A stretch of DNA of 64,000 nt from Candidatus Nanoarchaeia archaeon. GTDB taxonomy: Bacteria; Patescibacteriota; Microgenomatia; Woykebacterales; RBG-16-39-9b. The position numbers and the translations under genes are program-made. Shown piece by piece: positions 56,930-64,000 of the stretch. Location: NCBI GenBank assembly GCA_036514715.1, contig DATBWR010000004.1, forward strand, positions 73,147 through 137,146, in the 5' to 3' direction. Position 1 is the first letter of the stretch; the number at the start of each line of letters is the position of its first letter. Below the pieces are notes generated by a model. That model did no database searches, was not told the origin of the DNA, and saw only the letters and a list, made by a program, of their open reading frames with translations.

Positions 56930-58840
56930 ATGGCGATCAAGGTAATCGACACTAGAGCCCGTGAAATAATCGCTAAACCCAAAAACCCGTCTCCTGGTAA
57001 ACTCAAACTTTTCTTCAAAACCGCTGCGATCAGCTTTTTAGTTACCTTAGGAATTTTGGCTGGGGTTTTGGCAGTTCTGGCCGTCTTACTTTATCCTAAA
57101 GCTAAAACTTTGGCTGCCCAAGTTGAAAATACCTATGCGCAGGCTAAAAAAGTAGAGGCTGCTTTAGAGGACAGGGATGTAAAATTAGCAGAGAGAGATC
57201 TGAAAGAGCTTAAAAACGAACTTGCCGATACTCAAGCTGAGTTTAAAAACTTAAGTTTCATTCGCTTCGTGCCAATTGCCGCCTCTTACTACAGCGATGG
57301 TGAGCACCTACTTAAGGCGGCAAGTTTAGGGGTAGAGGTTGGCGAGGCCGCACTTGTCGCTGTTGATCCTTTTGGAGATGTGCTGGGATTTAAGGGTTAC
57401 AAAGAGAGCTTAACTGCGGAAGCGAAAGCGGAAAAAATAGTTAAAGAGGTTTTGCCCAATCTAACGCCATTGGTGGATGAAATTTCCGAAAAACTTGTTT
57501 TGATTGAAAAGGAAGTTGGTCAGATTAACGAGACCCACTATCCGCAAAATTTCGAAGTCAAAGGTTTTAACGTAAGAAAAAGTTTGAGGCAAGCTAAAGA
57601 AGCCTTATTAGCCTCCCGAGAGTTTATTCCTGAAATTAAACCCCTGCTCTTGGCTGCCCCTGACATTGCCGGAGAACCGGATGAGAAAGTTTATTTAATT
57701 CTGTTGCAAAACGATAAGGAACTGCGCTCCACTGGCGGTTTCATTACTTCTTACGCTTTAGCCCGTGTTAAGGGAGGACGTTTGCTTGAAATTGAAAGCG
57801 ACGATATTTACCAACTGGATTTGAAGTACCGCCGTACTGAGGTTGCTCCAGAGCCAATTAAAAAATACTTAGGTCACAACTCTCTGCCGATCCGCGACTC
57901 CAACCTTTCACCGGATTTCAAATTGGCCGCGCTGAAATTTGAGACTATGTACAACACCATCCCCAAGATGCCGAAAGTGGATGGAATCTTCGCGCTTGAC
58001 ACTGAGTTTGTCCGTACTTTTCTCGAGGTGACTGGGCCGATCACTACTAAAAAAACTAAAGAAACTTTTTCAGCTGAAAAAAACCGCCTTGGGATACCCG
58101 ACGTTGTCTATAAACTTGAGCTGCACGCAGAAAAAATCAACGCCGGCAAGCCCGACCGCAAAGGAATTTTAGGGGAGCTGATGGACAGCCTGATTGACAA
58201 AGTCCTTAACGCCAAAACTGAAGAGTTTCCAAAATACATTGAGGCGCTAGTTAAAACTGTTGAAGAGAAACACTTCTTGTTCTATTTCCACAACAGTGCT
58301 GCCCAAGAATTCGCGGAAAAATACAATGCCGCCGGACGAATTAAAGATTTTGACGGCGATTATTTCCACTTGAATAACTCTAATTTCGGTGGTTTGAAAG
58401 GTAATCTTTATATTAAGACTAAGGTCGAGCAGGACATACAAGTTGCTCCTGACGGAGAAATTGTTAAAAAAGTCGATGTTACTTTGACTAATCCAGCGCG
58501 AGCTGATGGTTGGTTGAACTCAATTTACTTAAATTGGATGAGACTTTACGTTCCAGAGGACTCTACTTTAATTAGCAAAAAAGTCCAGAAAGATTTTACC
58601 AGTAGTGAAGAGCTCTCTAAAGAAGTTTATCGCGGTTATGGAGCCACTTACCCGCTTAACTTTAGTGTTTCTACTTTTACTTATAAACTCCCCTTTAAGC
58701 TAAAAAATGGGCAGCCTTACAAAATGATGATCCAAAAACAGCCGGGTGTGGAAGAAGTGGAGATGATTATTAAGATTAACGGGGTTGAAAAAGAACATTT
58801 TATGCTCCGTACCGACCGTGAACTAGAGATCACTATCTAG
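56930..58840 (+). CDS. DUF4012-domain membrane-anchored protein
   Basis: YLILLQN..ELRSTGGFI, RDSN.SPDF, RLYVP..S, QKQPG. Confidence 0.82.
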   Translation: MAIKVIDTRAREIIAKPKNPSPGKLKLFFKTAAISFLVTLGILAGVLAVLAVLLYPKAKTLAAQVENTYAQAKKVEAALEDRDVKLAERDLKELKNELADTQAEFKNLSFIRFVPIAASYYSDGEHLLKAASLGVEVGEAALVAVDPFGDVLGFKGYKESLTAEAKAEKIVKEVLPNLTPLVDEISEKLVLIEKEVGQINETHYPQNFEVKGFNVRKSLRQAKEALLASREFIPEIKPLLLAAPDIAGEPDEKVYLILLQNDKELRSTGGFITSYALARVKGGRLLEIESDDIYQLDLKYRRTEVAPEPIKKYLGHNSLPIRDSNLSPDFKLAALKFETMYNTIPKMPKVDGIFALDTEFVRTFLEVTGPITTKKTKETFSAEKNRLGIPDVVYKLELHAEKINAGKPDRKGILGELMDSLIDKVLNAKTEEFPKYIEALVKTVEEKHFLFYFHNSAAQEFAEKYNAAGRIKDFDGDYFHLNNSNFGGLKGNLYIKTKVEQDIQVAPDGEIVKKVDVTLTNPARADGWLNSIYLNWMRLYVPEDSTLISKKVQKDFTSSEELSKEVYRGYGATYPLNFSVSTFTYKLPFKLKNGQPYKMMIQKQPGVEEVEMIIKINGVEKEHFMLRTDRELEITI

Positions 58841-58841
58841 T

Positions 58842-59030
58842 TAACTACTTCTTTTGTTTCGGCAAAAGAAGTTTCCAAGAAAAGCCGACCCCTGCTGCGT
58901 TGGCTGTTGAACTAGAGCAAAAGTTGCTTCGGGACATCCTCGGGAACCGCTTCCTCTTGAACTTTTGCTAGTTCAAAGACGCCAACTCCGCAAAGGGGAC
59001 CCCAAGAACGAGTGCTCGCAATGGTGGTTA
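58842..59030. repeat. Long structured intergenic element (REP/MITE-like or ncRNA)
   Basis: UUCG-loop hairpin 58847-58872; ~110-nt imperfect hairpin 58889-58998; ends TAACTAC/GTGGTTA. Confidence 0.6.
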
Positions 59031-59083
59031 GGGAGTCAGGATTTTGAATTCTCGCTTGCTTGTATTAAAATATATGTATACCC

Positions 59084-59854
59084 ATGAATTCATTTGCCAC
59101 GGAAGCTGTTGTTCTCAAGAGACGCGATTTTGGTGAAGCTGATCGTCTGGTTACTTTTTTTACCAAGAGAAAAGGCAAAGTCGTCGCACTAGCTAAAGGT
59201 GTCAGAAAAGTAACTTCTAGGAGAGCCCCAAACATTGAGCTACTTAACCACGTTAGAATCTTTCTACACGAGACAAAGGGATTGCCAATTCTTACTGAAG
59301 CTGAAGAAGTTGAGAGTTTCAAAAACCTGAAGGGAGATCTTAGAAAACTAAGTATTAGCTACTTGGTTTTGGAACTGGTGGATCAGTTTTTTGATGAGGG
59401 TCAGAAAAGTGAGGAAATCTTTGATTTATTTGTTAAGACCATCCGTGGGATTGATGGAAACCCTGAGATTGAAAAAGCTAGGATCTTACAAGGGAGCTTC
59501 CAGATTAAACTTCTTACTCAGGTTGGTTACCTACCTGAGCTTTACCGGTGTGCTAAATGCGGGGATCCTCTGGTGCCGCAAGACAACTTCTTAAGCCCAA
59601 ATATAGGGGGTTTGGTGGATGAAGCTTGTAACCGTCAGACACTGCTTTCTAAGAAAGCTAGCGTTGAAACTGTTAAAACCCTGCGCTTTCTAAAAAGTAA
59701 ACCCGTTAGCTTAGTAGAGAAACTTAAAGTTGCCCCAAATATCGTTAAAGAGACTACTGAAGCTCTTAATTTTTACACCACCTTTTTTCTGGAGAGAGAT
59801 TTAAGTTCCCCACAATTTGCTGCCCAAGTAGACAAAGTTTTTCTCCGTCACTAA
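59084..59854 (+). CDS. recO: DNA repair protein RecO
   Basis: EAVVL...FGEADRLV, GK...AKGVRK..SR, CAKC zinc site. Confidence 0.93.
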   Translation: MNSFATEAVVLKRRDFGEADRLVTFFTKRKGKVVALAKGVRKVTSRRAPNIELLNHVRIFLHETKGLPILTEAEEVESFKNLKGDLRKLSISYLVLELVDQFFDEGQKSEEIFDLFVKTIRGIDGNPEIEKARILQGSFQIKLLTQVGYLPELYRCAKCGDPLVPQDNFLSPNIGGLVDEACNRQTLLSKKASVETVKTLRFLKSKPVSLVEKLKVAPNIVKETTEALNFYTTFFLERDLSSPQFAAQVDKVFLRH

Positions 59855-59870
59855 AATTGACTAGGTCTTT

Positions 59871-60479
59871 ATGAATAATTTGTTAGCCTTTTATCGCGGG
59901 CTTATTGCCCAAAACCGCCGCTGGTTTTGGGCAGTAGTAATTGTCTTTTTGATTGGTTTTGTCTCTGGGGTTTCTATTTCCCTTGTAGCCCCTTCTGTTA
60001 CCCAGACTATCATTGACGAATACGCTAGCTCTCTTGACCCAAGCGTAAAGCCTGGTTTACCACTCAGTTTGTATGTTTTTGAGCGTAACGCAATAATTGT
60101 GCTCATCACGACAGTCGGTGGCTTTTTGTTTGGGCTTTTACCGGTAGTAGTGGGCTTTATGAACGGTTTGGTTCTAGGTGCACTAGTGGGCTTCCCACAA
60201 ATTTATCAAGCCTTAAATCCAGTTCAGCTCTTTTTCTTAATCGCTCCGCATGGTATTTTCGAGTATGCCGGTAGTTTGCTGGCACTCTCCTTTGGCCTGA
60301 AATTAGGGCTCAACTGGTTGTTTGGAGCCGCAAGGGGCAAAAGAAAGATGGTTTTTTTCACTGATCTTAAAGAAACTTTGGCAATTATTCCTTTGACTTT
60401 AGCATTGTTGTTGGCAGCAGCGTTTGTTGAAGGAACACTCACTACCAACATCGCTTGTTTTGTAGCGGGAGCGTGTTAA
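59871..60479 (+). CDS. Stage II sporulation protein M (SpoIIM/DUF95) family membrane protein
   Basis: NG..LG, PHGIFE, AAFVEG. Confidence 0.85.
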   Translation: MNNLLAFYRGLIAQNRRWFWAVVIVFLIGFVSGVSISLVAPSVTQTIIDEYASSLDPSVKPGLPLSLYVFERNAIIVLITTVGGFLFGLLPVVVGFMNGLVLGALVGFPQIYQALNPVQLFFLIAPHGIFEYAGSLLALSFGLKLGLNWLFGAARGKRKMVFFTDLKETLAIIPLTLALLLAAAFVEGTLTTNIACFVAGAC

Positions 60480-60493
60480 AATCGTTGCAGTTT

Positions 60494-61813
60494 ATGCAAA
60501 ATTCATCCAAACAGGATTTGATGGAGAAATTAGTTTCCTTGGCAAAGAGGAGGGGCTTTGTCTTTCAAGGTAGTGAAATTTACGGTGGGTTAAACGGAAC
60601 TTGGGACTTGGGTCCACTGGGAACTCTTTTAGCTAAAAACATTAAAGATGAGTGGTGGAAGAGTGTTGTCCAAAAGCGGGAAGATGTAGTCGGTTTGGAT
60701 TCGACGATTTTACACCACCCCAAAGTTTGGGAAGCTTCCGGCCACATTAAAAACTTCACCGACCCCCTAGTTGAGTGTAAAAACTGTCATCACCGCCTGC
60801 GGGAAGACACTTTACCGAAAGATGGAAAGTGCCCAAATTGTGGTAAAAAAGACTTTACCAAGCCTCGTGATTTCAATCTCATGTTCAAAAGTCATATTGG
60901 TCCAGTGGAAGACGAAACAGGAGTAGTTTATTTGCGGCCGGAAACGGCTCAAGGGATTTTCATTAATTTCGACAACGTTCTACAATCCTCACGCCTCAAA
61001 ATACCTTTTGGTATCGCCCAAATCGGTAAGGGCTTTCGCAACGAAATTACTACCGGCAACTTTCTCTTCCGAGTACGCGAGTTTGAAATGATGGAGCTAG
61101 AGTACTTTGTTAAACCAGGAACGGAGAAAAAATGGCACACTTACTGGCAAAAAGAGCGTCTAAACTGGTTTTTGGGCCTAGGAATTAAAAAAGAAAATAT
61201 TAAACTTATCCAACTTCCACAGGAAGAATTAGCCCATTACTCCAAGGGAACTTCTGAACTTCATTACAACTGGCCATTTATGGGTTGGGGAGAACTGGAA
61301 GGGATTGCTTCAAGGGGCGATTACGATCTCAAGCAACATATGAAACTTTCCGGTAAGGACTTAAGTTATTTTGACGAAGAAGAAAAGGAAAAGTATTTGC
61401 CGTACGTAATTGAGCCTTCGGTTGGGGTTGGAAGGGCGATGCTTGCTTTTATTATCGATGCCTATGCTGAGGATGCGGCTGAAGGGGAAGTGAGAACTGT
61501 TCTGCGCTTCCATCCTAAACTTGCCCCGATTAAAGCAAGCGTCCTACCTTTGGTTAAAGATGAAAAGTTAGTAAAAATAGCTCAAGATCTCTACCACCAG
61601 TTGAAAGAGGATTGGTTCGTGACCTATGACGAAACTTCTTCCATTGGCCGCCGCTACCGCCGCGCTGATGAGGCTGGCACTCCGTTTGCGATCACCGTTG
61701 ATTTTGATACACTCAAAGATAAAGCCGTAACTATCCGTGACCGCGACTCCATGAAACAAGGACGCGTTAAAATCTCCGAAGTTGCCACCTATCTCAAAGA
61801 AAAGATCGGTTAG
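60494..61813 (+). CDS. glyQS: Glycine--tRNA ligase, alpha2 (eukaryote-like) type
   Basis: KRRGFVF..SEIYGG, LRPETAQG, FRNEI, REFEMME.E, IEPS.G, IGRRYRR.DE.GTP. Confidence 0.95.
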   Translation: MQNSSKQDLMEKLVSLAKRRGFVFQGSEIYGGLNGTWDLGPLGTLLAKNIKDEWWKSVVQKREDVVGLDSTILHHPKVWEASGHIKNFTDPLVECKNCHHRLREDTLPKDGKCPNCGKKDFTKPRDFNLMFKSHIGPVEDETGVVYLRPETAQGIFINFDNVLQSSRLKIPFGIAQIGKGFRNEITTGNFLFRVREFEMMELEYFVKPGTEKKWHTYWQKERLNWFLGLGIKKENIKLIQLPQEELAHYSKGTSELHYNWPFMGWGELEGIASRGDYDLKQHMKLSGKDLSYFDEEEKEKYLPYVIEPSVGVGRAMLAFIIDAYAEDAAEGEVRTVLRFHPKLAPIKASVLPLVKDEKLVKIAQDLYHQLKEDWFVTYDETSSIGRRYRRADEAGTPFAITVDFDTLKDKAVTIRDRDSMKQGRVKISEVATYLKEKIG

Positions 61814-61857
61814 TTCAAATTTTCCCTAGAGTTGTTAAATTAGTTATACTATAAGCA

Positions 61858-63039
61858 ATGCCCGAAATTTGGAGATTTGTTTCCCCACTTCTTAACTACC
61901 TTGTTAAATACAAAGTAATCCTTTTTGGTATTTTGCTATTTTTGGTTAGTACCTTGAGCCTTTATCAAGTTCTGAAATCAAATCAGGACAAAGTAGACCT
62001 GACTGACAAACTTTCCCAAAAAGAGTTTTTAGTGGCTTCTTTCAGTGCACGAGCCAAAAGCCTTTTGGCTGAAAACGAAAGGATTTTAAGTGAAGATGCT
62101 CGAGCCGAATTAGACACTTTCAACCAAGTTGTTGATAAATACAACGTTGTTAAAGAAAAGACTGCTAGCTACAAAGGCCAGGGGGTCAACGTTAGCAGTA
62201 TCGAACCTCAGCTTGTGAGCGTAATTGATTTAATTCTTTCTAAGAAATACGCTGATGCAGATACTCTTTTGACCACCTTGGATACCAACCTTGAGACTGA
62301 ACTTAAAAACACACAGGCTGCTGCTGCACCTAAAACCACCACGACAACCACTTGTTCTGCTGTACCTTCATCTGGTTACTGCCGTTTGACTATCAACGGT
62401 TTTACTGTGGATGTTGTTGCGGCCTCTGTGGGTTCTGTGTGGACTGACACTGACAATTCCAATGATTGTTCTGACTCTTGCCCAACCAAATCTCTGTCAA
62501 GCTACGTTAGCGCTAACGGTGGTTACGCGGGGATCAACGGTACTTATTTCTGTCCGCCGGATTATTCGTCATGCGCCGGGAAAGTTAACTCTTATGATTT
62601 TCCAGTTTACAACTCTAACTTGAGCAAGTGGCTAAATTACGGTAACATTCTTTGGGACAACCGGGCGATGATGACCTTTACTAGTGGGGGAGCGACTTTT
62701 TATCCCCAAGCCGCAGGCTATTTCGGGCAGTCAGTAAGAGCCGGGATTGTTAATTTCCCGGGGTTAGTTTACAACGGGGCTAATATTGTCGGCAATTACA
62801 GCTTGACCAGCGCCCAGTACACCAAAGGCTACCGCGGTGGGGTGGCGGTGAAAGGTGGTACTGTCTACCTCGTAATCGCCCGTAGCGCTTCTGTACCAGA
62901 TTTGGCTGGTGTTATGGTGGCAATGGGAGTAACTCACGCTTTGAATTTGGACGGAGGAGGATCGTCGGCGATGTACTACAACGGTTCCTATAAAGTTGGA
63001 CCAGGCCGCTTGCTACCTAACGCTTTGATTTTGAAGTGA
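61858..63039 (+). CDS. Membrane-anchored phosphodiester glycosidase (NAGPA/DUF2233) family protein
   Basis: TM, coiled coil, Thr linker, AGINGTYF, ALNLDGGGSS. Confidence 0.82.
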   Translation: MPEIWRFVSPLLNYLVKYKVILFGILLFLVSTLSLYQVLKSNQDKVDLTDKLSQKEFLVASFSARAKSLLAENERILSEDARAELDTFNQVVDKYNVVKEKTASYKGQGVNVSSIEPQLVSVIDLILSKKYADADTLLTTLDTNLETELKNTQAAAAPKTTTTTTCSAVPSSGYCRLTINGFTVDVVAASVGSVWTDTDNSNDCSDSCPTKSLSSYVSANGGYAGINGTYFCPPDYSSCAGKVNSYDFPVYNSNLSKWLNYGNILWDNRAMMTFTSGGATFYPQAAGYFGQSVRAGIVNFPGLVYNGANIVGNYSLTSAQYTKGYRGGVAVKGGTVYLVIARSASVPDLAGVMVAMGVTHALNLDGGGSSAMYYNGSYKVGPGRLLPNALILK

Positions 63040-63133
63040 TCAGCTTTGTTGTTCGGTCGGTGAATTTTTCCTTTAAACCAATCCGCTGTTCGGAAACCTA
63101 ATTTACGATAGTTTTTCTTGAGGTTCATATAAT

Positions 63134-63883
63134 TTAAAGCGAGCGTTTAGAGGGGCCGGTGTAGTCAACATCGCTTTCGTCAAGACGGCGGAGGGTTTTA
63201 GCTTCTTGTTCCTCAAGGACATGAGCAGCCAGACCGGCAACTCTCGCGATAATGAAAAGACTTTTGCCAAGGCGGTAATCAAAACCCATTTCGCTCATTA
63301 AAGCAGCAGTTACCCCATCAATGTTCAAAGGTAGTTTTTTGCCGGAACTTTTTTCCAATTCTTTTTCAATTTCCAAGGATAGTTTTACGTATTTGCCGTT
63401 AAAACCTGTACCTTCAGCGATTTTAATTAGAGTTTGCGTGCGTGGGTCGACTTCGTAGATTTTGTGGCCAAATCCGGGAACTCGTTTACTTCTTTCTTTG
63501 TAATCAGCAACAACTTCACTTGCAGACTTGTTAATATTTTCTTGCAACATTTTAGCAGCTGCTTCGGCTGCCCCGCCGTGGTTTTCACCGATAGCGGCAA
63601 TTCCATTAGCAATTGCAGTTGAACTAGGAACGCCACTTGAAGCAGTAATTCTAGCAACCGTAGTTGATGGAGCACCAACGCCATGATCAATTGCGGAAAC
63701 AAGAATGGCGTTGAGAAGCTTTTCTTCCCTTTCATTGGGAAGCTCACCCCGTAAAACTAAGAAAATCGCCTGGGTGAAATTAACCTTTTGGATTAAAGAG
63801 AGTAGATTATAGCCCCGAATAATGGGGTCGCCGTTTTCATCATGAGTAGTTATTGATGTTGACCAACGTTCTTTTTCGCTCAT
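63134..63883 (-). CDS. Citryl-CoA lyase / short citrate-synthase-family protein
   Basis: W.TSIT, IRGY, IDHG, HGGA, VPGFGH, DPR, LNIDG, ARVAGL.AH. Confidence 0.88.
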   Translation of the reverse strand: MSEKERWSTSITTHDENGDPIIRGYNLLSLIQKVNFTQAIFLVLRGELPNEREEKLLNAILVSAIDHGVGAPSTTVARITASSGVPSSTAIANGIAAIGENHGGAAEAAAKMLQENINKSASEVVADYKERSKRVPGFGHKIYEVDPRTQTLIKIAEGTGFNGKYVKLSLEIEKELEKSSGKKLPLNIDGVTAALMSEMGFDYRLGKSLFIIARVAGLAAHVLEEQEAKTLRRLDESDVDYTGPSKRSL

Positions 63884-64000
63884 TTAATCGTTAGAGGCAA
63901 TTGCCTTAACTGCTCCGACAATCGTAATAATATTTAGTACAAGAAGCGGCACAGCCACTGCCAAAGCAGCTGCGGATGCGACAATTATACCATCTTTGAA
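63884..64000 (-). CDS. C-terminal fragment of a membrane protein running off the window
   Basis: Open frame FKDGIIVASAAALAVAVPLLVLNIITIVGAVKAIASND-stop abutting the next ATG. Confidence 0.5.
   Translation of the reverse strand, partial: FKDGIIVASAAALAVAVPLLVLNIITIVGAVKAIASND

Noticed and set aside
1-64000. tRNA, rRNA, tmRNA, RNase P, transposase or integrase genes
   Set aside because: No diagnostic motifs found by eye; a tRNAscan/Infernal run is needed to exclude them formally

Overview
Gene-dense bacterial chromosomal window (standard code 11). Gene content and style (PaaX/Cas2-like solo gene, DUF4012, eukaryote-type GlyQS, short citryl-CoA lyase, many apparently leaderless genes) suggest a Patescibacteria/CPR genome, probably Microgenomates-like; this is inference. 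Layout: 1-8.9 kb heavy-metal/copper island (Sco/peroxiredoxin-like, CcdA-like, ArsR-YHS, DUF305, ABC transporter, CopA). 9.9-12.2 kb: a wHTH+Cas2-like gene bracketed by two 36-bp palindromic direct repeats, then a consensus promoter, a structured attenuator-like leader and three orphan ORFs separated by a repeated two-hairpin element. 12.2-17.3 kb: CRP/FNR stress locus with an unannotated ~270-nt structured RNA upstream of a GGQ-less baeRF/Balon-like gene. Then a 1.3-kb insertion at the duplicated 3' end of secA, secA itself, a ~26-kb surface-glycan cluster (galE-yvcK-glmS, WbpABED/I-like diacetamido-uronic acid pathway, AsnB, Wzx, ligase/polymerase, GT4s), a TA pair, repair/redox genes, a 1.5-kb block bounded by a 99-bp direct repeat, manC/priming transferase, recO, glyQS and citryl-CoA lyase. 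No rRNA, tRNA, integrase, transposase or true CRISPR array was recognised. All family calls are from motif recognition by eye, not database searches.
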